Shown here: positions 8,196 to 21,718 of the stretch, piece by piece
How positions within the stretch are numbered: position 1 is the stretch's first letter
How the letters are laid out: each line of letters starts with the position of its first letter
Assembly (NCBI GenBank): GCA_046351215.1
Contig: JAXLYX010000019.1
Span: 1 to 64,000 of the forward strand
From: Polyangiales bacterium
Lineage (GTDB): Bacteria; Myxococcota_A; Polyangia; Polyangiales; Houyiibacteriaceae
Direction: 5' to 3'
DNA: 64,000 nucleotides
Notes under the pieces: generated by a model
What the model was told of the DNA's origin: nothing
What the model saw: the letters and a program-made list of their open reading frames with translations, nothing else
Databases searched by the model: none
Made by a program: the position numbers and the translations under genes

Positions 8196-9561
8196 TGCGC
8201 CCGTTCGAGAGACTCTCGAGGGCCCGCCCGGAGACGCGCTTCGAGACCGCGACGTAGGCGAAGTGGTCGTGGATCTCGATCTTCCCGACGTCGCTCGCGT
8301 CGAGCCCGCCGGCCTCGCCCGTCAGCGCGCCGAGGATGTCCCCGGGCCGGACTTTCTCCTTCCGACCCCCCGAGATGCGGAGGGTGTCCATGCGGGCCTC
8401 CCCTGGCTCGACGGACGCCGTGTCCCCTTCGTCGCGTGCCTCGCCCGTGCCGAGCGGGGCGCGCTCGATCGCGAGGCCGAGCCGCTCCTCGAGCGCCGCG
8501 AGCTTCGAGGCTTCGCGAGGCGTGACCAGCGAGATCGCGAGCCCTTCCTTCCCGGCCCGACCGGTGCGGCCGATCCGATGCACGTAGACCTCGGGCTGCG
8601 GGGCCAGCTCGTAGTCGACCACGAGGTCGAGCCCCTCGATGTCGAGACCGCGCGCGGCGACATCGGTGGCGACGAGGATGCGCGTGCTCCCGTTGCGGAA
8701 CTTCGCCATCACCGTGTCGCGCTGGAACTGCTCGAGGTCGCCGTGCAGGCCCTCGGCGCTCCGTCCCGCGCGGCGGAGCGCGGCCTCCACCTCCACGACG
8801 GTCGCCTTGAAATTGCAGAAGACGAGAGCCGATTCGTGGGGATGCGCCGCGAGCACGTCGATCAGCGCGCCGAGCTTCCGGTCCGCGGGCACGACGTGGG
8901 CGCGTTTCTCGATGTGGGCTCCCTGGCCCGCTTCGTCCTCGACCGTGACGCGCACCGGATCGCGCTGGAACGCCCGGCTCATCGCGTCGAACGAGGGCGG
9001 GAACGTCGCCGAGAAGAAGACGCTCTGACGCGCCCTCGGGAGGGCGTCGAGCACCTCGTTCATGTCGCGCTCGAACCCCATGTCGAGCATCCGGTCGGCC
9101 TCGTCGAGCACGACGGTCGCGACGTTCCGGGCATCGAGGGTGCCCCGACGGAGGAGGTCGAGGACGCGGCCCGGCGTGCCCACGGCGACGTGCGCCCCCT
9201 TCTCGAGCGCGCTCTCCTGCGGCCTGATCGGCTGGCCCCCGGCGAGCACGAGGACCTGCAGCCCGGGGAGCCGGCGCCCGAACGTGCGCATCGCGCGAGC
9301 GACCTGCGCGCAGAGCTCGCGCGTCGGACAGAGCACGAGCGCCTGAAGCTCGCGACCCTCGAGCCGGACCTTCTCGAGGATCGGGAGGGCGAAGGCGGCC
9401 GTCTTGCCGCTGCCCGTCCGCGACCGCCCGACGAGGTCCCTTCCCGCGAGCAGCGGCGGGATGCTCTGCTCCTGGATGGGCGTGAGTCGCTCGAATCCGA
9501 GCTCCTCCAGCACCGAGAGCAGCGGCGGTGAGAGGGGAAGCGTCCGGAATTCGCTGGGCAT
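8158..9561 (-). CDS. dbpA: DEAD-box ATP-dependent RNA helicase with C-terminal DbpA-type RNA-binding domain
   Basis: Q-motif/'GSGKT' Walker A, 'DEAD', 'SAT', 'HRIGRTGRAG' motifs. C-terminal domain 'LRISGGRKEKVRPGDILGAL...' resembles the DbpA RNA-binding domain. ATG at 9561. The remaining 700 aa of the ORF-track frame is antisense to ilvD. Confidence 0.85.
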   Translation of the reverse strand: MPSEFRTLPLSPPLLSVLEELGFERLTPIQEQSIPPLLAGRDLVGRSRTGSGKTAAFALPILEKVRLEGRELQALVLCPTRELCAQVARAMRTFGRRLPGLQVLVLAGGQPIRPQESALEKGAHVAVGTPGRVLDLLRRGTLDARNVATVVLDEADRMLDMGFERDMNEVLDALPRARQSVFFSATFPPSFDAMSRAFQRDPVRVTVEDEAGQGAHIEKRAHVVPADRKLGALIDVLAAHPHESALVFCNFKATVVEVEAALRRAGRSAEGLHGDLEQFQRDTVMAKFRNGSTRILVATDVAARGLDIEGLDLVVDYELAPQPEVYVHRIGRTGRAGKEGLAISLVTPREASKLAALEERLGLAIERAPLGTGEARDEGDTASVEPGEARMDTLRISGGRKEKVRPGDILGALTGEAGGLDASDVGKIEIHDHFAYVAVSKRVSGRALESLSNGRIKGRRFRVSLVP

Positions 9562-9768
9562 CGTGGCGGAGGGTAGCGCGCCCGGGATCCCGGCGCCTTC
9601 GCGGGGCCTCGACGGAGGGCGGGAAGGCCTGCCCGATCCCACGGAAAACCCGAACCTCCCCCGTCGCCTGGCTTCCGTCGCCGTCTCGTGAATCCTATAT
9701 GTCCCCCTGCGGACCTCCCGCCTGCCCGAGGCCGGGTACGTCCGCCCACCCGAGACCGCGAGATCGAG

Positions 9769-11598
9769 ATGCCTGCCTACCGTTCCAAGACCTCCACGTT
9801 CGGCCGCAACATGGCGGGGGCCCGCGCCCTCTGGCGCGCCACCGGCATGAAGGACGGAGACTTCGGGAAGCCCATCATCGCGGTCGTCAATTCGTTCACC
9901 CAGTTCGTCCCGGGCCACGTCCACCTCAAGGACCTCGGCCAGCTCGTCTGCCGCGCCGTCGAGGACGCCGGCGGCGTCGCCAAGGAGTTCAACACGATCG
10001 CCGTCGACGACGGCATCGCGATGGGCCACGACGGCATGCTCTACAGCCTGCCCTCGCGCGACGTGATCGCGGACTCGGTCGAGTACATGGCGAACGCCCA
10101 CACGGCCGACGCCCTCGTCTGCATCTCGAACTGCGACAAGATCACCCCGGGCATGCTCATGGCCGCGATGCGCCTGAACATCCCGGCGATCTTCGTGTCC
10201 GGCGGTCCGATGGAGGCCGGCAAGACGAAGCTGTCGAAGCATCGCCTCGACCTCGTCGACGCGATGGTCATGGCCGCCGATCCGAAGGTCGACGACGCGA
10301 CGGTCGCCGAGGTCGAGCGCAGCGCGTGTCCGACCTGCGGCTCCTGCTCCGGCATGTTCACCGCCAACTCGATGAACTGCCTGACGGAGGCCCTCGGCCT
10401 CTCGCTGCCGGGCAACGGCACGACGCTCGCGACGCACTCGGACCGCAAGCGCCTCTTCCTCGAGGCCGGCGCGCGCATCGTCGAGCTCGCGCGTCGCTAC
10501 TACGAGCAGGGGGACACGAGCGTGCTCCCGCGCTCGATCGGCAGCTTCCAGGCGTTCGAGAACGCGATCGCGCTCGACATCGCGATGGGCGGCTCGACCA
10601 ACACGATCCTCCACCTCCTCGCGGCGGCGCAGGAGGCCGAGGTCCCGTTCACGATGACCGACATCGATCGCATGTCGCGTCGCGTGCCGAACCTCGCGAA
10701 GGTCGCACCGGCCACGCAGAAGTACCACATCGAGGACGTGCACCGCGCGGGCGGGATCATGGCCATCCTGGGCGAGCTCGATCGCGCCGGCCTCCTCCAC
10801 CGCGACGTCCCGACGGTGCACTCGCGCACGCTCGGCGAGGCGATCGATCGCTGGGACGTGAAGCGCACGGACGACCCGGCCGTGCACGAATTCTTCCGCG
10901 CGGGACCCGCGGGCATCCCGACGCAGGTCGCGTTCAGCCAGTCGACGCGCTGGCCGGACCTCGACCTCGATCGCGCCGAGGGCTGCATCCGCGACCTCGA
11001 GCACGCGTACTCGAGGGACGGCGGCCTCGCGGTGCTCTACGGCAACCTCGCGCCGGACGGCTGCGTCGTGAAGACGGCGGGCGTCGACGAGGGCAACCTC
11101 TTCTTCGAGGGGCCCGCGCACGTCTGCGAGAGCCAGGAGGACGCGGTCGCGGACATCCTCGAGGATCGCGTGAAGGCGGGCGACGTCGTCGTCGTGCGCT
11201 ACGAGGGCCCGAAGGGCGGCCCCGGCATGCAGGAGATGCTCTATCCGACGAGCTACCTGAAGTCGAAGGGCCTCGGGAAGGCCTGCGCGCTCGTCACCGA
11301 CGGGCGCTTCTCGGGAGGCACGAGCGGCCTCTCGATCGGCCACGTCTCGCCCGAGGCCGCGAGCGGCGGGAACGTCGCCCTCGTGCGCGATGGCGATCCG
11401 ATCCGCATCGACATCCCGAACCGGAGGATCGAGCTGCTCGTCTCCGCGGAGGAGCTCGAGGCGCGTCGCAAGACCTGCGCCTTCAAGCCCTCGAAGGTCC
11501 GTCCGCGCAAGGTCTCGGCCGCGCTCAAGGCCTACGCCCTGCTCGCGACGAGCGCCGACAAGGGCGCCGTCCGCGACCTCTCGAAGCTCGAGGGCTGA
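9769..11598 (+). CDS. ilvD: Dihydroxy-acid dehydratase
   Basis: N-terminus '[27 protein letters not shown]...[21 protein letters not shown]' is near-identical to the canonical IlvD N-terminus. '[11 protein letters not shown]' and 'SGGTSG' Fe-S ligand regions are present. Confidence 0.9.
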   Translation: MPAYRSKTSTFGRNMAGARALWRATGMKDGDFGKPIIAVVNSFTQFVPGHVHLKDLGQLVCRAVEDAGGVAKEFNTIAVDDGIAMGHDGMLYSLPSRDVIADSVEYMANAHTADALVCISNCDKITPGMLMAAMRLNIPAIFVSGGPMEAGKTKLSKHRLDLVDAMVMAADPKVDDATVAEVERSACPTCGSCSGMFTANSMNCLTEALGLSLPGNGTTLATHSDRKRLFLEAGARIVELARRYYEQGDTSVLPRSIGSFQAFENAIALDIAMGGSTNTILHLLAAAQEAEVPFTMTDIDRMSRRVPNLAKVAPATQKYHIEDVHRAGGIMAILGELDRAGLLHRDVPTVHSRTLGEAIDRWDVKRTDDPAVHEFFRAGPAGIPTQVAFSQSTRWPDLDLDRAEGCIRDLEHAYSRDGGLAVLYGNLAPDGCVVKTAGVDEGNLFFEGPAHVCESQEDAVADILEDRVKAGDVVVVRYEGPKGGPGMQEMLYPTSYLKSKGLGKACALVTDGRFSGGTSGLSIGHVSPEAASGGNVALVRDGDPIRIDIPNRRIELLVSAEELEARRKTCAFKPSKVRPRKVSAALKAYALLATSADKGAVRDLSKLEG

Positions 11599-11635
11599 GC
11601 GGCTCGGACCGTCGGCGGGTCGGACCGTCGGCGGC

Positions 11636-12640
11636 TCAGACCGCCGGCGGCTCGGAGCGCCTCGCCACGTGGGCGCGCTCCTTCGCCGCATACATGCGCT
11701 GGTCCGCGAGCGCGATCAGCATGTCGACGCTGCCGACCTCCGCGCTGTTCGCGAGGCCGATGCTGAGCGTCGGCGCGTCGGGGAGCCCCTCGAGGTTCTT
11801 CGAGACGCGCTCGCGGATACGTTCCGCGATGTTCTCCGCGTGGGCATAGTCGGTGTCGACGACGACGACGAGGAATTCGTCGCCGCCGTACCGGCCGACG
11901 AAATCGCCCGGACGAAGGGCGTCGCGGATGCCGCGGGCCACGAGTCGGAGGACCTCGTCGCCCCGGGCGTGCCCGTAGCGATCATTGATCTCCTTGAAGC
12001 GGTCGAGGTCGACGAAGAGGAGCGTGAGCGGCCGACCGTTGCCCTTCGAGTGCGCGAGCATCTCGGTCAGGCCCTCGACCACGTACGGGCGGCTCGCCAC
12101 GCCCGTGAGCTCGTCCGTCTGCACCTTCGCGAGCAGCGCCTCGCGTCCCGACGCGTGGTACGTCTCGAGCGCGAGCTCGAGGTCGAAGGCGACCACGCGG
12201 CCGAGCGTCACGAGCAGCTCGGCTGCCCGTCCCGGCTCCGCACGGACGAGGGATTGCGCGAGCAACGCCTCGAGCTTGGCGAAGGCCCCGACGTAGAAGC
12301 TCGGAGCGATGCCGAGCAAGGCGTGCGTCTTGCCGACGCGCAGACGGGTCTCGACGTAGTCGAGGCGGTCGATGCCCTTGCCGAGCGTGCGGAGGTAGCG
12401 GCGGAGGTGCCTACGGAGCGTCGCGCGGCGATGCGACTCCGCGAGATGCGGGGCGAGCGCCGTCTCGGTCGCGACGTGGTCGAGGAACGCCCCGATGGTC
12501 GAGTCGAGCTCCGCCTCGTACGCCGCGCGGATGCGATCGAGGCGCTCCTGGTCGGTGCGCTCGAAACCGAAGAACGAGAGTCGCCGCCGGAGCTCCTCGT
12601 CGGAGATCCCGTGGCGCTCGCACTCCGAGAAGCCGCTCAT
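11636..12640 (-). CDS. Diguanylate cyclase (GGDEF) with N-terminal globin-coupled-sensor-like domain
   Basis: C-terminal 'RYGGDEF' active site with 'LLFVDLDRFKEIND' upstream. The N-terminal about 160 aa contains 'VGKTHALLGIAPSFYVGAF', resembling the proximal-His region of globin-coupled sensors (HemAT/DosC-like). Confidence 0.7.
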   Translation of the reverse strand: MSGFSECERHGISDEELRRRLSFFGFERTDQERLDRIRAAYEAELDSTIGAFLDHVATETALAPHLAESHRRATLRRHLRRYLRTLGKGIDRLDYVETRLRVGKTHALLGIAPSFYVGAFAKLEALLAQSLVRAEPGRAAELLVTLGRVVAFDLELALETYHASGREALLAKVQTDELTGVASRPYVVEGLTEMLAHSKGNGRPLTLLFVDLDRFKEINDRYGHARGDEVLRLVARGIRDALRPGDFVGRYGGDEFLVVVVDTDYAHAENIAERIRERVSKNLEGLPDAPTLSIGLANSAEVGSVDMLIALADQRMYAAKERAHVARRSEPPAV

Positions 12641-12660
12641 GGTCGAAGCCTACCACCGTC

Positions 12661-13692
12661 TCAGGGGGAGTCCGGCCCCCACGGCAGGGGCCCGAGGAGT
12701 TCGCGGAACGGTGCGCCCCAGCCCCTCATCTCCTGCGTCTCCACTCCACGGGCCGCGAGCCAGCGGGAGACGAAGGCCTCGTCGGCAGCGCGCGCCGTGC
12801 CCGGCGCGCTCGCCGTGCGGACGAACGTGTGCCGGCGAAGCGCGCGATCGAGCGAGCGCCGACGCTTCTCCGGGTCTTCCCCGTTCCACTGGCGCTCCTT
12901 GTCCGCGACGAAGAGGTGGCGCCGGACCCCGAGCCACCGGGCCAGGTTCACGTCGGTCATCGAGAGCCCGACGAAGACGCAATGGCTGTCGTGGAGCGCC
13001 TCGAGGAGCACCCGGTTCGGGAAGGAGCTCGGGGAGGCGACCGTGGCCCAGTACTGCTCGTCGGTGAAGACGAGGCAGTCGGGAGCGTCGGGATAGGAGC
13101 GCGGCTCCCCGGGGAGGAAGCCGTGGACGTGGTAGACGGGGATCGGGGGCCGGCCGCCGAAGCCCCGCTCCCGGCGGATGTGGGCGCTCTCGCGCGAGAT
13201 CGGCCAGAGGACCGGGGCCGATTTCGAGCGGCCCTTCGCGTTCGCCGCCCGCTCGAGGAGGTCGTCCGCGTTGAAGGTGATGACGCGCGTGACGTGGCGT
13301 TCGGGCCGCGCCTGATCCCGGGCGAGCGTCTCCACCAGCGCCGAGAGCGTGCTCCCCTTCGGCCCCTTCACGTCGGCGTACATGGCGTCCGCGAGGAGCT
13401 TCGCGAAGGCGGAACGCCCCGTCGCGGGCGCGGCCTTCCGGGCACGGCGTTCCTTCCGCTCGAGCTCGTCCTCGAGCGCCTCGAACGCGATCTGCAGGGC
13501 GAGCGGATGCGGAGCGGGATGTGCCCAGGGCTCGCTCACCCAGGCGGGAGGCTCTTCGCCGCGAATTTCCCGGAAGACCCGCCCCACGAGGGCGGGCCAG
13601 GACGGGATCCCGCTCTCCATCGAGACGCCGGCTCCGAGCACGAGCGTGACGGGGCTCTCGGGCAGGCTGCGGGAGACGAGGGGCTTGTGCAT
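12661..13692 (-). CDS. Stand-alone SIR2-like domain protein (SIR2_2 / DHS-like NAD-binding family)
   Basis: 'VTLVLGAGVSMESGIPSWPAL' (GAG-S...P-W), 'VITFNADDLLE' (VITTNYDxLLE-like) and 'VYHVHGFL' (catalytic-His-like HG). ATG at 13692. Ends 20 bp upstream of the GGDEF gene start. Confidence 0.6.
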   Translation of the reverse strand: MHKPLVSRSLPESPVTLVLGAGVSMESGIPSWPALVGRVFREIRGEEPPAWVSEPWAHPAPHPLALQIAFEALEDELERKERRARKAAPATGRSAFAKLLADAMYADVKGPKGSTLSALVETLARDQARPERHVTRVITFNADDLLERAANAKGRSKSAPVLWPISRESAHIRRERGFGGRPPIPVYHVHGFLPGEPRSYPDAPDCLVFTDEQYWATVASPSSFPNRVLLEALHDSHCVFVGLSMTDVNLARWLGVRRHLFVADKERQWNGEDPEKRRRSLDRALRRHTFVRTASAPGTARAADEAFVSRWLAARGVETQEMRGWGAPFRELLGPLPWGPDSP

Positions 13693-13754
13693 CGTGCCCG
13701 AGGCTATCCCCCCGCGGGGTGGGGGTCGAGCGTCCGGCGCCGACGCGGCTCCTC

Positions 13755-16114
<2,360 letters not shown>

Positions 16115-16145
16115 CTCCCGCGAATCCCCCGAAAAACCCCAAGGA

Positions 16146-16864
16146 ATGCCGTGCCCCGCGGTTGACATCGCAGGGGCACGGCGCTTGACTCCGACCGTGC
16201 CGCGTTCCCCGAAGCCCATCCGCATCGCCCCCTCCATCCTCTCGGCCGACTTCGGTCGCCTCGCCGAGGAGGTCGCCGCCGTCGATCGCGCCGGAGCCGA
16301 CTGGATCCACGTCGACGTGATGGACGGGCGCTTCGTCCCGAACATCACGATCGGGCCGCTGGTCGTCGAGGCGGTGCGCCGCGCCACGACGAAGCCGCTC
16401 GACGTCCACCTGATGATCGTCGAGCCGGAGAAGTACGTCGAGGACTTCGCCAAGGCGGGCTCGGACATCATCACCGTGCACGCCGAGGCCTGCACCCACC
16501 TCCACCGCACGCTCCAGCAGATCAAGTCCCTGGGGAAGCGCGCCGGCGTCTCGCTGAATCCGCACACCTCCGAGGACTGCCTCCGCTACGTGATGGACCT
16601 GGTCGACCTCGTCCTCGTGATGAGCGTGAACCCGGGCTTCGGAGGCCAGGCCTACATCCCCTCGGCGGGCGAGAAGCTCGCTCGCATCCGCGCCATGATC
16701 GACGCCACCGGCCGCGACATCGACCTCGAGGTCGACGGCGGCGTGAAGCCCGGCACCGCGCACCGCGTGATCGAGGCCGGCGCCGACGCCATCGTGGCCG
16801 GCTCCGCGGTGTTCGGGGCGAAGGACTACGCCGCGGCGATCCGAGCCATCCGAGAGGACCGCCC

Positions 16865-16868
<4 letters not shown>
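16146..16868 (+). CDS. rpe: Ribulose-phosphate 3-epimerase
   Basis: '[13 protein letters not shown]', '[12 protein letters not shown]', 'VDGG' motifs. True start may be the in-frame TTG (16185) or GTG (16197) downstream of the hairpin. Confidence 0.85.
16148..16182. terminator. 10-bp perfect inverted repeat GCCGTGCCCC / GGGGCACGGC with a 15-nt loop containing TTGACA, between metY and rpe. Could be a terminator-like hairpin or a protein-binding site.
   Basis: Inverted repeat seen directly in sequence, 34 bp after the metY stop and overlapping the first possible rpe start. Confidence 0.35.
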
Positions 16869-18249
<1,381 letters not shown>

Positions 18250-18253
<4 letters not shown>

Positions 18254-19200
18254 AGATCCTCGTCCTCGGGGCCGGGGCGGTGGGGCAGGTCTTCGCGACG
18301 CACCTCCGCCGCAGCGGTGCGTACGTCGCCCTCTACGTGAAGCCGAAGCATGCCGAGGCCTGCCAGCGCGGCCTCACGCTCTACAGCCATCGGCTCTTCC
18401 GCCGGCACACGGTCGAGACCCTGCACCCCGACGACGTCTACACGACGCTCGACGAGGTCGCGGGGCAGCGCTGGGATCAGGTCTGGCTCTGCGTCTCGAC
18501 CGCCGCGCTCGAGGGCGAATGGCTCGATCCGCTGCTCGAGGCGATCGGCGACGCGACCCTCGTCTGCCCACAGCCGGGCCTGCACGTGCTCGAGAGGGTC
18601 TCGCACATCGTGCCGCCCCAGCAGGTGGTCTCCGGCACGATCGGGTTCATGAGCTACCAGGCGCCGCTGCCCGGCGAGGCGCTCGATCCCGGCGTCGCCT
18701 ACCTCTTCCCGCCGCTCGGTGCGAGCCGCTTCAGCGGCCATCCGGATCGCGTGGATCCGGTCGTCGCGGCGCTCCGGCGCGGCGGATGCCCGGCGCGCGT
18801 CGTGCGCGACGCGCGGGCGACGCTCGCCTATTCCTCGGCCTTCCTCCTGCCCCACGTCGCCGCGCTCGAGGGCGCCGGTTGGACCTTCGAGGATCTCCGG
18901 CACGGCCCGTGGCTCCGCCTCGCTTCGCGCGCATGCGCCGAGGCCATGCGGGTGGTGCGCACCGAGCTCGGCGTACGCCTCCCCTGGTACCGGATCTTCG
19001 CCCAACCGACGCTCGTGCGGATCGCGACGTTGGTCCTGCCGATCCTCCTGCCCTTCGACGTCGAGCGCTTCGCCCGGTACCACTTCACGAAGATCGGGGA
19101 TCAGAACCGCCTCGTGATGCAGGGTCTGTACGAAGGCGCACGTCAGCACGGCATCGAAGCTCCGGGGCTCACCGAGCTCTACGAGCGCGTCTACGGCTGA
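18250..19200 (+). CDS. Ketopantoate reductase (ApbA/PanE) family oxidoreductase
   Basis: N-terminal Rossmann 'MKILVLGAGAVGQVFA'. Size and overall pattern fit the KPR family. ATGA overlap with the upstream activator. Confidence 0.6.
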
Positions 19201-19295
19201 GGGGGCGCCGAGTCGCGTCGACGGCCGGCCCGCGCCCTTCCTCCTGACGGAAGGGGCCGTCCCGTGCGACCCTTCGAGGGGACCGGAGGATCGAC

Positions 19296-21716
19296 GTGAG
19301 GACTGGCCGGGCGGCCTATGTTCGAGAGGGGCTCCTCTTGGCCGTGACGTACTTCGTCTCGGGGTACCTCGGGCTGCGCCTCGCGACCATCGGGGGCGCC
19401 GTCACGCTCTTCTGGCCGCCGACCGGCCTCTCCATCGCGGTGCTCACCGCGCGCGGCCTCGGGCTCTTCCCCTTCGTCATGGTCGGCTCGTTCGCGGTGA
19501 ACCTCGTCGCGATGGGCGACGTGCCGACGAGCCTCTTGGTCTGCGTCGGGAACACGCTCGAGGCGGTGCTCGGCGCGACGTTGCTCCGGGGCCCCTTCGC
19601 GATCCGTCCGGACTTCGGCCGACAGCGCGACGTCCTCGCGCTCGGCGCCGCGACCGCGCTCGCTTCGCTGGTCGCCGCCGCCATCGGCGCGACGGCCCTT
19701 CGCATGCGTGGGGTCTCCCTGCCGTTCGAGCAGATCGCGCGCGTGTGGTGGATGGGGGACGCCGCCTCGGGCCTCGCGGTCGCGCCGGCCGTGCTCACCT
19801 GGCTCGCGCCGGAGACGGAGATGCGCCGCGTCTCGAGGCGTTTCCTCGTCCTCTTCGGCCTCGGCGTCGCCGTCAGCATCGCGTTCGTCTTCCTGATCCG
19901 GTTCGCCGAGCCGCGCACCGCGCACCCCTTCCTCTCGCTGCCCTTCGGCTTCGTCGTGGTCGCCGCGCTGCGGCTCGGACCGCGCGGCGCGACGACGACG
20001 CTCCTCGCGGTCGCCGCGGTGGCCGTCGTCGGCACGGCCGACGGCCGTGGGCCCTACGCGGACGCCGATCCCCAGGTCTCGATGCGACTCGTCTGGAGCG
20101 GTATCGCGATCGCGTCCGTGGCCATGCTCCTCCTCTCGTCGGTGGTCGCCGAGCGCGTCCGCGCCCAGGCGGCCCACGAGGCGGTGCAGGCGCGCTTCGC
20201 GGCGGCGTTCGAGCACGCGCCCGTCGGCATCGCGCTCGTGGATCTCGGTCCTCGGTTCGTGCTCGTGAACTCGAGGCTCGCGGAGATCCTCGGCCGACGG
20301 CCCGACGAGCTCGTGGGCACCTCGGTCGACGACGTGCTCGGGCGCGGCGTCCGCCGGGAGATCGCCCACGCCCTCTCGGACGCCATCGCGGCCGGGGCTC
20401 CGTACGCCGAGGCCAGCGTCGAGGTCGTGGGCGCCCACGGGGTCAAGCACCGCTGCGACGTCCGCTTCACCGTGCTCAGCGAGGCGGACGAGGTCGTCGG
20501 CTTCGTGGCGCACGTCGAGGACGTCACCGATCGCGACAAGGATCGCCGCGAGCGCGCCGCCCTCGAGCGCCGCGTGGTCGAGGCGCAGCGCATGGAGAGC
20601 ATCGGCAGCCTCGCGGGGGGCGTCGCGCACGACTTCAACAACATGCTCCAGGCGATCCTCGGGAACATCGATCTGGCGCGGGCGGCGATCCGCCGCGGAC
20701 AGGAAGCGGAGCGCTACCTCGTCCGCGCCTCCGATGCGGGCGATCGGGCGGCACGGCTCACGCAGCAGCTCCTCACCTTCAGCCGGCGACGCCCGGCGGA
20801 GCTCGAGGTCCTCGATCTCGCCGAGACCGTGGAGTCCGTGAGCTCGATGATCCGTCGTCTCCTCCCCGAGAGCATCCACCTCGAGCTCGAGCTCCCGCCC
20901 AAGCCGGTCTGGGTGCGCGCGGACGCGGGGCAGGTCGAGCAGGTCGTCATGAACCTCGTAGTGAACGCGCGGGACGCGATGCCGTCGGGAGGGCGCGTCG
21001 TCGTCTCCGTCGCCGAGCTCGTGGGCGGCCCGAAGCCGGTAGCCGAGCTGCGCGTGGAGGACGAAGGAGAGGGCATCGCTCCCGCCGTGCGGCAGCGGAT
21101 GTTCGATCCCTTCTTCACGACCAAGCCGCTCGGAAAGGGCACGGGTCTCGGCCTCTCCGTCGTCTACGGGATCGTGACGGATCACGGAGGGACGGTCGAC
21201 GTCGACTCGACCTACGGGAAGGGGGCCGCGTTCGTCGTGCGTCTGCCGATGACGGGACCTCCCGAGCGACGCGAGCGTCCGCGCTCGGAGCGGCCGAAGA
21301 CCGAGACGGGCGTCGAACGGATCCTCGTCGTCGAGGACGAGGAGGTCGTCCGCAACGTCGTCCACTCGATCCTCGAGGACGCCGGCTACGACGTGGTCGT
21401 CGCGTCGAACGGGAAGGAGGCCCTGGAGCTCCTCGCGCAGGATGCCGAGGTCGATCTCGTGGTCCTCGACGTCGTCATGCCCGTGCTCGGCGGGAGGCCC
21501 ACGTACGAACGCCTGCGCGTCCTGCATCCGACGATCCCCGTCCTCTTCACGAGCGGCTACGCGGACGACGAGCTCGGGCCGGACTTCCTCGAGCACGAGA
21601 AGATCCGCATCCTCCGCAAGCCCTACGATCGGAGCACGCTGCTCGCGCGGGTCCGGGAGCGCCTCGACTCCGCGGCGGCCGAGGCGCCGTCCGACTCCGT
21701 GCCGCCTCCGGCCTGA
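19296..21716 (+). CDS. Hybrid sensor histidine kinase: N-terminal multi-TM (MASE1-like) domain, PAS, HisKA, HATPase_c and C-terminal receiver
   Basis: About 8 predicted TM helices, then 'HDFNNMLQAI' H-box, 'DEGEGI'/'GTGLGLS' ATPase motifs. Receiver with 'LVVLDVVMP' and 'LFTSGY'. GTG start. Confidence 0.8.
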   Translation: MRTGRAAYVREGLLLAVTYFVSGYLGLRLATIGGAVTLFWPPTGLSIAVLTARGLGLFPFVMVGSFAVNLVAMGDVPTSLLVCVGNTLEAVLGATLLRGPFAIRPDFGRQRDVLALGAATALASLVAAAIGATALRMRGVSLPFEQIARVWWMGDAASGLAVAPAVLTWLAPETEMRRVSRRFLVLFGLGVAVSIAFVFLIRFAEPRTAHPFLSLPFGFVVVAALRLGPRGATTTLLAVAAVAVVGTADGRGPYADADPQVSMRLVWSGIAIASVAMLLLSSVVAERVRAQAAHEAVQARFAAAFEHAPVGIALVDLGPRFVLVNSRLAEILGRRPDELVGTSVDDVLGRGVRREIAHALSDAIAAGAPYAEASVEVVGAHGVKHRCDVRFTVLSEADEVVGFVAHVEDVTDRDKDRRERAALERRVVEAQRMESIGSLAGGVAHDFNNMLQAILGNIDLARAAIRRGQEAERYLVRASDAGDRAARLTQQLLTFSRRRPAELEVLDLAETVESVSSMIRRLLPESIHLELELPPKPVWVRADAGQVEQVVMNLVVNARDAMPSGGRVVVSVAELVGGPKPVAELRVEDEGEGIAPAVRQRMFDPFFTTKPLGKGTGLGLSVVYGIVTDHGGTVDVDSTYGKGAAFVVRLPMTGPPERRERPRSERPKTETGVERILVVEDEEVVRNVVHSILEDAGYDVVVASNGKEALELLAQDAEVDLVVLDVVMPVLGGRPTYERLRVLHPTIPVLFTSGYADDELGPDFLEHEKIRILRKPYDRSTLLARVRERLDSAAAEAPSDSVPPPA

Positions 21717-21718
21717 GG

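Noticed and set aside
11599-11635. Direct/palindromic repeats 'TCGGACCGTCGGCGG' x2 and CCGCCGGCGG between convergent ilvD and the GGDEF gene
   Set aside because: Probably just a bidirectional terminator-like GC hairpin region between convergent genes. Too short and generic to call a distinct element.
9562-11691. N-terminal about 700 aa of the 1177-aa frame containing the DEAD-box helicase
   Set aside because: The helicase has a complete Q-motif N-terminus starting at the ATG at 9561. The upstream part of the frame is antisense to ilvD and low-complexity.
12661-13692. Assigning the SIR2-like gene to a known defence system (Thoeris, DSR, SIR2-HerA, pAgo-SIR2)
   Set aside because: None of the required partner genes (TIR-domain ThsB, HerA helicase, Argonaute/APAZ) or fused extra domains are present in the neighbourhood, so only the domain call is supported.
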